Of a stretch of DNA of 64,000 nucleotides, positions 1 through 13,200 are shown piece by piece. A model generated the notes under the pieces. It searched no databases, was not told the origin of the DNA, and was given only the letters and a program-made list of their open reading frames with translations. Numbering within the stretch: position 1 is the stretch's first letter; each line of letters opens with the position of its first letter. Both the position numbers and the translations under genes were made by a program. Origin of the DNA: Styela clava (Eukaryota); the NCBI RefSeq assembly GCF_964204865.1, contig NC_135254.1, forward strand, positions 14,198,001 to 14,262,000. The letters are read 5' to 3'.

Positions 1-555
1 AGAATTTAGGCGGAGATAATTTTTATTCAACCATTTTACATTTTATAACTATGCAGAGATGTACCTAACTCGACTCGGCGTGAAATTTTATCATATTATA
101 CTGTTATTGTTATATGAATATTTAGTATGTTATTGATCACCATAAAAAACTGAATAACACAAATGACATTGAATTTTTATCAATTTCAGAAGTTAGACAA
201 TTGTTAACACTTTCAGACTTAACAGTTAATATCCTCCAAGACAAAAACATTCTTTAAACTCATCCAGAGGCTATTATTATATGATATACCTTATATCTGT
301 ATATACAATCAGAGATCTGGAGATTGAAAATACAATGCCCTACAGTACAAACTGACAAACGAACACCTAATACATATTTCACCTGACAATCAACTGAATA
401 TACAGAATGCATGTAATAACAGAATGATAATACGCCTTCCCTCAGCAATAAAACTAAAACGCGCGTTATCAACGTCTAAGCCCAGCGAATGACAATTCGG
501 GAACAACAGCCACGATATCCAATCTTTGTTATCAGGCGGAAATATATTGTGTTGT

Positions 556-624
556 GATTGCGCAATCGATAAGTTACGTCACAAACAAAATCATTGAAGC
601 AGAACTATTTTAGACGTGACGTCA
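556..624. promoter_or_regulatory. CpG-containing promoter region of the APBA gene with clustered bZIP sites
   Basis: GATTGCGCAATC palindrome (556-567, C/EBP-like), TTACGTCA (574-581) and perfect CRE TGACGTCA (617-624), 100-170 bp upstream of the ATG. Confidence 0.45.
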
Positions 625-726
625 TTCTCCGACAGTCGAATGTGTCTGATCAATGAAAGCGACGATTCCGTAATGCTGTAATGAGAACCGGAATAAGGAT
701 TTGGTGATGGTAAGCTGATCTTTAAT

Positions 727-2784
727 ATGAATACGGTTGCGGACGACCAACCAGACCCTGTCGCAGGTGACGAAGAAAGTGTTATCGATCATAATGGAGT
801 AATTGCGTCTCAAGGGAATTTAATAATACCAGAAGAACTCGAAAAAACAAAAGACGAACCATTTGAGAATAACGTCGAAATTGCTCAGACGAACTCCCAG
901 ACATTTGAGGAAAGTAAAGTGCGATCGGATATAAATATGACGTTTGTCGCAACAGGTGCTACTAATGCAATTGATTATGAAGATGTTTTGAAATCAGCAT
1001 TAGGAAAAATTTCAGTTCTAGATAATGCATGTGAAGACAATTTACATGGACTTTCTATTGAATCCAGTGCTGAACATGGTACTGCAACAGAAAACGTATC
1101 TTCTCAAAATGTTGAAAATGATGGTAGCTATGATTCAGATACATTAGATGGCAAGACTGATCGGATAAATCCATTCAATTTGGCTGGAAAACAGTCAGTG
1201 GTGCCACAATCCCCAGAACATAATAAATCTATTGGCAAATTTATGCCTTTGGAAAGTTTTGGGAATGATGAAATAGCTGGTAGCTTTATACAACATGGTA
1301 ATGATGCTACTTTTGACCATGCATCGGAAATTGTCAATGCCAAAGACGAGTCTTTTAGTAATCATTCTGAAAATAAAAGTGCTTCATCGAGTCAACACAA
1401 AGAAATGAACCATCCTTCCTATAGTACTCCTCCAATTGCAAGTACTTCTGATCCATGGGTAAAGCTGCCATCTGATCCTGTAACAGAGAATGAATCCTCG
1501 CAAATCTCAGAAAAAGTTTCTGACTCAGAAAATGTTCAAGATTCATTATCATCGAGTCAGAATTCTATCAACAACTCCGATATTGGTTTAAAAAAAGCGC
1601 CAGCGATTGAAAACAGTGTTTCCCTCAATCCCCTTGTTTTAGATATACCTGGACCATGTGAACCAGAAGACTTGATTGAAGGAATCATATTTAGTGCTAA
1701 TTATCTCGGAACAACACAGCTTGCATCAAATCGCAATGCTGCAAAAAACACCAGGATGCTTCAAGCACAAGAAGCTGTAAACAGAATTAAAGCTCCTGAC
1801 GGAGAATCACAACCTACTGTTGAAGTCGATTTGTTCATCTCTACTTCAAAAATTAAAATTTTAAATGCTGATACTCAAGAAACAATGATGGGGCATACGT
1901 TGCGTTCAATCTCATATATTGCCGACGTTGGTGATCTTCTCGTTATTATGGCTAAACGACATTCTTCAAATGATGAAAATCCAGATGACGAAAACGCATC
2001 TCGTAAAGAACCCAATAAACGCCAACGAATTATATGCCATGTTTTGTCATCTTCAGATTCGCATCTCATTGCTGAATCGATTGGTCAGTGCTTTAATGTC
2101 GCTTACCAACAATTCTTACAGAGCAATTGTATCGAACCACAAAATCTAACACAAGCCGATTTTAATAAACTATTAGACACTCAAGAAATGTATCATGACG
2201 ATCTTGTACATTATTCCAAACAAGAAAATGTGAAAGAAATTTGGGTTGAGAAAAAGAAAGGAGAAGCAATGGGAATTGCTATTGTTGAATCAGGTTGGGG
2301 ATCTATAATTCCAACAGTGATTCTAGCAAATTTGCAACACGGAAGTCCGATTGAAAGAAATGGGAAGTTTAGTATTGGAGATCAAATTATGGCTATCAAC
2401 AGCACAAGTTTGGTTGGACTTCCATTACTGACGTGTCACAGCATCATCAAAGGTCTTCGTAATCAAACTCTCGTAAAATTAAATATCGTTTCTTGCCCTC
2501 CCGTTGTATCAGTGTTAATCAAACGTCCAGATTTAAAACATCAACTTGGTTTTTCTGTTGACAACGGAATAATTTGTAGTTTGATGAGGGGTGGTATCGC
2601 AGAACGAGGTGGGGTACGGGTGGGTCATAGAATTATTGAAATCAATAACCAAAGTGTGGTAGCCACTCCCCATGACAAAATCGTACAAATGCTTGTTACT
2701 TCTGTGGGTGAAATACAGATGAAAACAATGCCAGCTGCCATGTATAGACTTCTTACAGGGCAAGAACAGCCTATTTATTTGTAA
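727..2784 (+). CDS. APBA1/2-like (lin-10): APBA/Mint/X11 (LIN-10) family adaptor, 685 aa, single coding exon: acidic disordered N-terminus, PTB domain, two PDZ domains
   Basis: Hallmark motifs: [27 protein letters not shown]...[21 protein letters not shown] (PTB), [18 protein letters not shown] (PDZ1), [34 protein letters not shown] (PDZ2), C-terminal [18 protein letters not shown]. Confidence 0.97.
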   Translation: MNTVADDQPDPVAGDEESVIDHNGVIASQGNLIIPEELEKTKDEPFENNVEIAQTNSQTFEESKVRSDINMTFVATGATNAIDYEDVLKSALGKISVLDNACEDNLHGLSIESSAEHGTATENVSSQNVENDGSYDSDTLDGKTDRINPFNLAGKQSVVPQSPEHNKSIGKFMPLESFGNDEIAGSFIQHGNDATFDHASEIVNAKDESFSNHSENKSASSSQHKEMNHPSYSTPPIASTSDPWVKLPSDPVTENESSQISEKVSDSENVQDSLSSSQNSINNSDIGLKKAPAIENSVSLNPLVLDIPGPCEPEDLIEGIIFSANYLGTTQLASNRNAAKNTRMLQAQEAVNRIKAPDGESQPTVEVDLFISTSKIKILNADTQETMMGHTLRSISYIADVGDLLVIMAKRHSSNDENPDDENASRKEPNKRQRIICHVLSSSDSHLIAESIGQCFNVAYQQFLQSNCIEPQNLTQADFNKLLDTQEMYHDDLVHYSKQENVKEIWVEKKKGEAMGIAIVESGWGSIIPTVILANLQHGSPIERNGKFSIGDQIMAINSTSLVGLPLLTCHSIIKGLRNQTLVKLNIVSCPPVVSVLIKRPDLKHQLGFSVDNGIICSLMRGGIAERGGVRVGHRIIEINNQSVVATPHDKIVQMLVTSVGEIQMKTMPAAMYRLLTGQEQPIYL

Positions 2785-4604
2785 TATTAATCGATTAAAA
2801 TCTCAATTTGTTCATGTTCATGTAAGCTGCAAATCCTGCCATATTTTTGTATAAATTCTTGTTTTTACAATGCTAAGCAAGAGTCCAAGAGGAATAATAG
2901 ATGCATGAATTGGGGCGTTAGTTTCTGAATGTTGTTTTTATTAAATCTTTGTATTTTACAGTCAAAAGGGTACGTTTTTTTGTTACGGTATGTAGTAGCA
3001 GAGCAGAACACAGAATTCTAGGCATTTAGTACTAAATTGTTTCTTGAGAGCAAATATTTCAACCTGTATTTTGATCTAAATGTTAAAAATGAAAATACCA
3101 AATATTAATATAAATTGTCAGCTTAGTTTATAAGAATCTTTTATCATAAATATCACAGTATTTTGTTGTTGGGAACTTCATAGAATATATTTTTTAATCG
3201 TTACCCATGTAGATCTTTGCTTAACAGAATCTATGGAATTTCTAGTTTCCTTAACAATATTATCACTCTGGATTACTTGAAATTCTATTTATTTTAATTA
3301 TATCGATCAAATCGTTCTAATTGTTTTGTTAATACCATCCATCATTGTGTGCCACTTATATTTTTATTTCAATCAATGGTAAGATTCGAGGAAAGTTCCC
3401 CGTCAAAATACCTGCCAAATATGAACTAGACTTGGTATTCCAGAATTCTACCTTGCAATTAGTTTTGTAAAATATTTTAAATCAATTTGATGCAAAGCAT
3501 GATTCTGCTGCAATCCCACAAATTTTTTCAAAAGCAGAGTAATTTTATTTAGCTCTGTTGTCGAATAGAGCTTCGTTGATTTTTCAAATTTTGATTTTTG
3601 TTTGACCTACCGTAATTTCTAAGTACAGACCCAGGTTCAATCAAGGGAGAAAGGTCTCTTAAAATGAAAATACTAGATGTATTTTTGACTGGAAAAATTT
3701 GCTGATGAGTTTTAAAGCTTTTATTTTAATAAATTAGTTGAAAAATGTTTACTGCAATTGCGTTTGAAGCTTCTCTAATATTCAGTATTATTTTGTGCCA
3801 ACTAATATGCGTTCTCAATAAGGTATGATATTTTTTTCTTTTGATTAGAGCACACCGTGTTTATTTCATGACATAGACCACATTCAATATCTCCATTGCT
3901 TGAAATGCTTGTATGGTACACCTTTTTATTTGTTAAATCTCGATTTTTTGAAGCAAATGTTCAATTAGATTTATTTCAGCTGGACTTTATACAGTAATAT
4001 TCAAATAACACTTTGATATTATATTGTAAACTATAATTGGATATTTTCAAAAACAGAATATTATTTAGATAAAAGTGCTGTTGAGCTATTTCAACAATCT
4101 TGACTTGTTTCAATTCCCAATTGTGTTTAAAATTGATTTGGCGCTCAGTTTCACTTAATGAAATTCAATTTGCATCTTAAATTAATTTACATATAAAACA
4201 TTTTGGAAAATAGACAGATTAAAAATTGTGATCCGGTTTCTGGCTATGTGCAAACCTTGTTACTTAATGTAGATATATTATCTTTGTGTATTGTAATGAA
4301 CATATACTGGTATAAGAATGACTATTATATCATATACTTTATGTGAAAAATAATCCCATACTTCAATAGAAGGGTATTTTTATGTTCTCAACCTGTTTCT
4401 TCTCTTCAAATATGTACTTTACAAGTACAACTTATCAACCAATGAAAATATATATATTGATATTTATTGTAATCTGAAGGATATCGTACGATTCTTGTAT
4501 CTAATGATTGTGATCTAAATATGAACTATTTTTATTGCTGTGCGTAACCACTGCATGTTTATGTTGCATTTTTATGTAGGTTTTAGATATTTAAAATTTT
4601 AAAG

Positions 4605-6912
4605 ATGGATAAAAAGGTTTTTGTTAGATTGCATGATCAATCTATGAAAACGATTTCTCAGGAAGATATATCATTTGTTGGAGAATTATCGAATCATTTA
4701 CAATTGGATGATTACTATGTGGTGTGTGAAGGAAAAGTTGCTAATGATGGAGATGTTATTATACCAGGGAAATGTTACTCAATTTGCCTACGTTTACGAG
4801 GAGGTAAAGGAGGGTTTGGATCTATGTTGAGAGCGATTGGTGCACAGATTGAAAAGACGACAAACAGGTACTAAATTGTTATTTTTCATATTTGATATCA
4901 TAAATTTTTTGTTCTTTTTAATGTGTATTTTTGAAAGAATGTTTGGATTTTTCATTTCATAATTGAGTGATATTCTAATCCTATCAACACGCTTCATTAG
5001 TACTATATGTCACAAGTTTCCAAGATTGCTTTAATTCATTTCTACATATTTGAAAGGCATTACATTATGCATACCAAATATCTTTTATCTTTGAACATGA
5101 TCATAAAAAATAGCTTCTAGACCAGGGGTTCCCAAACCAGCGGTCGCGACCCAAATTGGGTCGGAGTGATAAGTAGGTGGGGTCGCAAACAGGTCATGAG
5201 GTCGGTGGGGTCGCTGAGGTATGGTGGAGGATGAATGTACAAAACATTTAAGATTTGATAAATCATGTTAAATTTAGCAGCTTGTTCCATGGCTTACTGT
5301 AAAACAGGCCCATAGGCATCGCTATATGCTTATGCTATAGAAAAGGTAGGTGCTTATTGCAACATCACTGTTTGGTTTTAGCTTATTTTACTTAATATCA
5401 CCACATGACCAAACTCAAAGTCCAGTGAAAGAAGCTCCAAAGTTTCATGAAAAATATATATGTTGACCTGGGGTCGCACTGGACACTTGAAAGTTGTTAT
5501 ATGGGTCGTTCTAAAAAAAGCTTGGGAACCCCTGTTCTAGACTAAAGTATAACGATGTAACCACTAGGGCACTGTTGCGACAATTTGACTTATTCAGGAA
5601 TCTTTTATTCGGCAATCCAGAAGTATTTGTACCATTGTACCAATATGGAGGTAACTAATTTTGTTCGCCAACTTTACATCAAGTTGTGTAAAGGGACGGA
5701 AGCTTATGGGCAGGGGGTATATTCAATTGGCTAACACAAACAATCCCCGAACTTGTAATAGAACTAAAATAAGGAAAATCGGAATAACGCTATGGCCTAA
5801 CCTGACCTGGTACACATACTACTGAGTACTCTCTATTCTAATCACTGAAACCACATATTAGATTAACATACAATGATAAAAATATACATTTGTGATATTT
5901 TTCCAGGGAAGCATGTAGAGATTTAAGTGGAAGAAGGATGAGAGATGTCAACAATGAAAAGAAAATGGTGGAATACCTCGAAAAGAAAGCAGAACGAGAA
6001 AGAGATCGCGAGAAGAAACGAATTGAGAAATTGGAAAGACTTACACAACAACCAAAACATTTTTTCAACGATCCAGATTACGAGTCGAAACTACGAGAAG
6101 CAGTGGAAAATGTTGATAACGCGGTTGAGAAAGGGATTATCGCACACACAAAGAAAAGGAAATCCAATCCAAATGAAAAACAGAAGGAACCAAAAATTAA
6201 AAAAGGACTTTGGCTCGGTGAGGAACCGATGAGTGACAGTGACTCAGATAATGACGACATCGATGAATTAAAATCTGCATCGAGACTACAAAGCTCATCC
6301 ACAAAACATGGTTTAGAGTTGGGAGCATCCACAAGCAAAAATAATTCAGTCTTAACGCAAGCACATACATCTGCAAAAAGTAGTTCGGTATCTGGGATAT
6401 CTACAATTGAAAGTGATTCTGTTTCATCTGGCTCAACATCCGCAGCATTACCAACCCCTGAAGATTCCAATAATAAATTACCAGAAACGATAAAAGTTCC
6501 AGATACCTCGGGTTCCAAAACCACCAGCGAGACTAATGAAGAAACCAAAGTTATTGGAAATATTAAAAATGAAAATACTGGCAAAGAAAGTGCCAATGAA
6601 TGTAACAAAATTAACAACAGCCAAAATCAGACTGAAATCGCTGTTATCAATTCAGTTGAAAAAGATGACACTTCCAAAGAACTATTGAATGTGGATGACA
6701 TTGATTTATCTAAATATTCTACGGCAGATGAACTAGAGTCTCTCGGGTTAGAAACTTTGAAATCATTACTAATGAAAAAAGGTGTAAAATGTGGCGGCTC
6801 TCTGGAAGAAAGAGCCTCAAGACTGTTTACAGTGAAGGATTTAGCACCAGAGAAAATTGATCCAAGTCTGCTTGCGACAAAGTCTAAAAAGAGAAACAGA
6901 TCGAAAAAGTGA
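4605..6912 (+). CDS. SDE2: SDE2 (ubiquitin-fold-activated splicing/replication-stress regulator), 2 exons join(4605..4867,5907..6912), ~422 aa
   Basis: Spliced RLRGG|[36 protein letters not shown] (UBL cleavage site and SDE2 domain). GT..AG intron 4868-5906 in phase 2. C-terminal SAP-like [33 protein letters not shown]. Confidence 0.96.
5123..5534. mobile_element. Non-autonomous hAT (Charlie-type) MITE, 412 bp, in the SDE2 intron
   Basis: TIRs CAGGGGTTCCCAA...TTGGGAACCCCTG; perfect 8-bp TSD TTCTAGAC (5115-5122, 5535-5542); internal GGGTCGC subterminal repeats. Confidence 0.93.
5616..5826 (+). mobile_element. ~210-bp dispersed MITE-like repeat (family A), copy 1
   Basis: Ends ~CTCCAGGAGTATGTGTACCA...TGGTACACATACTACGGGAG (terminal inverted repeat); core GGAGGTAACTAATTTTGTTCGCC; subterminal CCTAACC. 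Recurs at ~8845, 13243, 25972, 41755 and 45992. Confidence 0.85.
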
Positions 6913-8844
6913 TATCTGGTGCCTGCCCTGATGCCAGACTTTAGAAAAGGCTGATCCAATTTTGTAATGACAGTTTATACTTGTTGAATATTTGCGAGAT
7001 TACTGTATATAGGACAGACACAAGAATGCTGTATCCGACTTGGATGTATATCTATATCAATCATAGGCCATGAAGATTTTATTTTAACGAAGCACCTTAT
7101 ATGAAGGCCGTATTCATTTCAGCCTTTTACTAAACTCAAACCATGATAAAATACTCTTCACTCGCTACAATTATTATGTTTTTATTATAGTTAGGGTGTT
7201 CAAATTCATTCACTTATTTTTGTATAGTGGTTCTGCTTGCATATACTATAATAAGTTTTATTGAGATTATGAACCTGAATAACATATCACAGCTTGTTGT
7301 CAGACAGCTCAACTGCCATGCTGGTGTAATTTGTTCAATTTTATGCTTCATTTAATAATTATTGTCTGTTCATAGATGTTACATGATTGGGACATACTTA
7401 TCAAATATGGCCTGTAATGATATAACAATAAATGTCAGTACAAGATCAAGTTTCGACCCAGTGCACATGAATAATATATTAAAAGCCTAATGGATTTTAA
7501 CGATGCAAGCTTTAATAAAAATGCAAAAATGATTGATTTTTCTTTAATTGAAAGTGCCATGTTAGTGGTTTTCCTAGCAGGTGTCTGTTTGCACAATATG
7601 ATAAAGTAGACAGTTGTTTAGAAATTGATTTGCTGCGAAAGAGATTATTGAAGCGTTGATTGTACTTCTGCTACAGTAACTTACTAGAACTATAATTATT
7701 TATTACTTGTATTGAAGCTGCAGAAAAGCTTATTGAATGCAATAAATTTTACCGTTGTTTTGAAATTATCCCTTTAGGTACTTAGAAAAATGGTGCTGGC
7801 AAGAAAACCAGTGGTTCCCAACCTTTTTCGATACATTACTCCTTTTACCCATTTTAAACATCTCAATGAGTTAATATCGCCTCGTTATGCATAAAAGCTT
7901 GGTTTCCTTTTTTCAATCTTTATTGTCAGTCAATCAAGAAGATGGATGTGTCGCTGACTCGGGTTTGGGAAGTTAAAAAATAAACAGATAGAAATGGCAT
8001 GTTTTCATCAAACTCATCAAGTGTCAAAATTCTGAATTCCCGGTAGCTGGAATTTCAGACTTGATGTCAATAATGGAAGTCAACATATTGCACAGAAATT
8101 ATATGACTTACGGTAAGCATTCTCAACAGTCCTAGTTTTTGTTGTTAAAATTTTCTCGAAGCTGGAGTGAGTCGAATCAGACAATATTTTCAGACTCCGC
8201 AAACCTGATAAGTGTTTATTCTACCACACAAGATCATGAAAATAAGTGATAATTTGGCGAATTCACAAAGTCAACAATTGCCTTATTTCAGATATGTCTT
8301 TGGCACAACACTGGTGTAATTTTTTTATCATTATATATGGTATCCCTTTTGTATAAATACAACAACCATCAATTCATAAAGCATTTCAACTACATTTCGT
8401 GCAAGCACATGTGACCTTGCCTTAGCATTTCTTGGTGTCCTAAATTCAACAGAACCAATGGCAAATTTTCACCTCTAAACTCATCACATGACCAACAACC
8501 TGCTTTGAATTTTTTCAACTTTCTGAACCTTTCAATTGAGCCTTGTGGCCATTGTTGAACAAACATAAACATAATAATATAATGAATGTATTCAGAAAGC
8601 ATAGACCAAATACTAGTAGACAAAGAGAAATACTGTCCATTTTTATCTTCTGTGACACCCGAGAAAAAGTAATACACAAGTTCCAATGTTTTTGAGTGGT
8701 GCAAACAGCCAATTACAAAACTGTCAATTAAAAGCAGTTGACAACAGAGCTGTTGTGTCTTGGATTGTCATGTTTTCGCTGGAGTCAGAACTTCTCCTTG
8801 ATTTCCCCAGAGTATGGATATCAGACTTCTAATGGCGATAAAAT

Positions 8845-9043
8845 AAGTATGTACCAGGTTAGGGTTAGGCCATAATTTTATTCATATTTTCTTTATTTTA
8901 GTTCTATTACGAGTTCGGGGAATGTCTGTTTTAGCCAAGTGAATATACCCCCTGCCAATAAGTTTCAGCCTCTTCATACAAATTTATGTAAAGTAGGCGA
9001 ACAAAATTAGTAACCTCCATATTAGTACACATAGTTCAGGAGC
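8845..9043 (-). mobile_element. MITE family A copy
   Basis: Reverse-complement match to 5616-5826 (GGCGAACAAAATTAGTAACCTCC). Confidence 0.85.
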
Positions 9044-10252
9044 ACCATTTACTAAGCCAAAAGTTTTTTAACAAAAATTGATGATTTTTGTAGCTGGCCC
9101 TGGTTTTTCATTCCCAAATAACTGCTAATATATTTCTAGAATACTTGAATAACAAACTATCAATATTTCCACTCAATCAAACGTTGTATTGTATTCCAAC
9201 CTTTGTATATGAAAATCACCAAGAAATGAGATTTGCCAAAATGTTTTGCGGCAATACCAGGTCCGTGTTTTATGAAAAAATCACACTTGACCATGCAATA
9301 TCCGCATATACATTCTGAGCAATTATAAAAATATAACATTAAAAGGAGAAAAAAAAATTACAGTATATAACAGCAACCAGTTTATGTACCATTTCAACAC
9401 AGTAAATACAAAAAATATATGTTTCGAATCAACAAAAAACTATAATGAAGCTAGTAATAATAGCACCTTATGATTTGTGCATGTGGTGTAATATGACAAA
9501 GATAATAAGAATGAAATATTAAGGATATTTGTTAACGTTACTGTAGATGTTGACTTCAAAATAGTTGGTGGATGAGTGAATTACATATGTTTACAAAAAT
9601 CTCAAAGGTTGGGAGATGCAGCTTTCGTGGCTCTGATAAACGAAGCCATTTAATCTTGTTGAAAATTATTTTATTTACCTAGATTAGATTACCGGTAATT
9701 GGGGAATTATTTGTTTCAAGTTTTTATCATCGTACAGATTGAACCCTTCAGAACAAAAAGTACTTTTTGAATCCTCATACAGAACTCAAATTTTACTAGA
9801 CAATGTGCCTGTTATATTAGGCTCACGTCATTGTCATAATTTCAGATACAGCGTTCCTAAAATTTACTCTCATAAAGTTACATATAACAACAGTTTGTAC
9901 TAATTTAAACGGCGGTCCAATACCTAATAGCATTTGCAGGCAATGCTAATAGAACAACAGCGAGTGTTGTCAAATGGGACATAAGTTTGGAATATATGAT
10001 TTTCGAATCACAATGTCAGATTCAAATATTTCCAATTTTTATAAAATAAAATCAAGTAGTATTTTCTGTAATGACTTGGAATCCACGAGAATTAATTTTT
10101 ATTTGAATTGCTTTAATTCGAAATTCTGAAATTATATCCTACTGATCACACATTTTCGAACAGTCCGAGTATCTCCATTTTCAACCTACATAAAGGGATA
10201 ATCAACATTCAACAAGAAGGCACCACTGATTCCAAATGCCCTTTTTCTGTCA

Positions 10253-13200
10253 TCATTTTTTTGAACTCACTTTTTTATTTGATTGCCAAAGCGAGTTTTT
10301 GATTGTGATGGCATCAATACTAACAGACAAAGTTTTGGATGGCAAAGATGTGAAGGCTTTTCTTCCAGAATTATACTTGAATAAACGTTCAATCATGCTT
10401 GGAACAATGTTAACAGGACCTGAAAAAGAGTTTGAAATGAGATAATCTTTATGGAAGATGTGGGATGTATTTGATAACAAATTTTAAAAACATCGGGCAT
10501 GAAAAAACATTCAATGGTACAGTCCAGGGCTATAGAGTTCCTGGGTCGTATTTCCAAACCCCCCAGGTCACGGGCTGAGTTGAAACTCAGAAATCACCGA
10601 GGCCAGAATCGTAGAATTTCAATAGTAATAAAATAATTCAAAAAGTCCTATTAAAACTTTTTGTTATCAAAATTTGATTCTCTCCAAGTTCAAGTCGCGA
10701 TTTTCTACAACTCAAAAGTCGGAAGTCAGAGTCAAAATTTTTCTCAACCTGTGATCATAAGTGGAAGCCAAAATTTTGTTCAACTCGAGATTCTGGAGTC
10801 GATTTTTAATTTTCCACATCCCTGGTACGGTCTTAAATATCTAATCTGCCTTTATTCCCTATAATGCAAGTCCAGAAAGGCAGTTAACAATAGCAGTGAT
10901 CAAACAATAATTATGATTAAAAAAACAGTGCACAACCATTACTTCTACAAAGTCTAATAGTGAAATGAGTATTACTCCATTTACCGTTTCCTGCTAATCT
11001 TTTAAGATGTTCTCCATCAGGATCATATGAATATAAAGCTCGGAATTGACATTTGGCATCTCTGAATAATATCATAAAATGTCTTGCATCCGACATTTCT
11101 AAAACCTGGAGAAATGAATAAGCATTGAATTGAATCAGCAATTTGATTTATACGGCAAAATTCATTTTGCTTGCAAGTGGTTACACCTTTGGTTTATTCA
11201 AGAGTTTCACAGCATTCATTCAAGAATATGGGCTTTTTAAAACACGTTGATCTCTATGTATAGGGTGTGATTTTGAATGAACTTAACAACATGATGAAAA
11301 GAAAATAATCTTCAACCAATATTAAAGCAGCGCTTTCTCTGATCAAACATGTTTTTGTGGCAATTCTTTCAAGACAGCACCCATGTTTTTGTATGCGCAA
11401 TCCCGCGGGAGATTTTTAAATTCATGAGCTAAAAAGGAAATTACATTGTTCTCTTTTATATACCAGAGAGAGTTTGCCGTATTCCAACTAAAACCTTTCT
11501 GGGGTAGATGCTGTCATAATTTCATCAACCCGACCCAAACAGGAAATTGTAGCCTATTTTTTGTGGTTACCAACATTCATTTGCCAGTTACAGTGAATGA
11601 ATAAAAATATTGTTAACATACCTGAATAGTGTTATTTCGACTTGTTTCATTGACTTTTCCTGGCAAGCAACAATGACTTATAGCATTATTGACGATGTGT
11701 TTATTTGACTTTGAACTGGGTTGTTTATATAACTTTGGACCTGAAATGAGAAACACAATGAATCGTTCGTTATTCATGTTCCGCTCCAATCAAGGCTCTG
11801 TACTAGCAGGCATTACTATGTAAGGATCTAATATTGTTTGAAAGAAATAAATGAAATCTTTTCCCGATTCGCATTGCCTACCTGATTTATTACACACTGG
11901 GTGAGATGGTGGACATGGGATTTGAACCCAAGATTTTAATCTGCGATATTGACATTGGTAAGTAAACTGAATTAACCACTTGGCCACCATGCCCATGAAA
12001 CATACCTGTGTATTCTGATGATACTGCAGAAGAGGAAGCTGACTGGTTATCCCATTCTTTTTTATGTCCACTACCAAGATGCTAGAAAAAGGAATATACA
12101 GTCTTTGATAGATTTTAATATAAAATTACAAAACAAATCCATTCATTCAGTAGGTAAACATATACCAGAGTATAAAATGTACACTCACAAGCCACACAGG
12201 AAAGCAGTGATATCAATTATTTCTACAAAAATGCAGATAATTGAGTTAACACTTGAACTTCTGTTTGTGTACGATTGTACCCAAAAGTTTTAGAAGTCTG
12301 GGACGCTTTGTACAAAAAATTATATTCTCTCCAAAATAGGATTGAAATGACCCGTTTTTTAGTCACCCTGTAATATTGTTTTGTCGTGATGTAAATTTTG
12401 ATACACTCTTCTACAAAATCATATTTAATGCAAATTGGGATTTAACTTATGACATATACAAACACTAATCTCCGAGCAAAGTTATGGGAATAAATAAAAA
12501 GTCAACAGCTACTAAAGGTATTAAGAATCACAGCGTAGAATTGCCCTCTAGTAAATAAATACTCATCAACGCGAGACTTGAAGTAGTTCATGTCAATTCT
12601 ATAAGAAAAACTGCTATGAAATAGCAAACCTGGCATGACTGAAATTCTTACTTTTGATTCTAAGGTATATTTGAACAGGTTAAAATCAAAACTGAAAACG
12701 ATTTTAGCAAGTAAATAAGAAAATGTTTAAACACTGATATATTCAGAATGCAATAACAATATATTTACCACTTTCTGCATTGGAAACAGACTTGCATTCG
12801 AACATGCGCTTCCATCCTCAGCATCCATGTTAGTGAGATATGTTTCATCTGAAAAATATGCAATTGAGTTACTTAATTTTTACATATCCTTATTGGCATA
12901 GGAAACATATTTTAAAGCCGCCTGAGGTTGGAATCAAAATTTTGAAGAAGATAAAAAATATCTGAACTCAAAAAGCATTAAGTTTATTAAGAGTTCTTAA
13001 CAGGTTATTAAAAAATGCTTGAATGCACAAAAGTTTTATTATCAAAACATTATTTCCTCAGAGTTCAGATTTGAAGTCTGAAGGCTATATATTAACCCTT
13101 AGTCGGGAGTCAGAGTCGAATGCTTCTCAATAAGGCATCGGAGTCTATTGTAAATTTTCCCACTCCACATCTCTGTTTCAAGAGACTTGTAGCAACTATT

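Noticed and set aside
6078-6959. Antisense ORFs of 179 and 110 aa
   Set aside because: Shadow frames of SDE2 exon 2 with no independent features.
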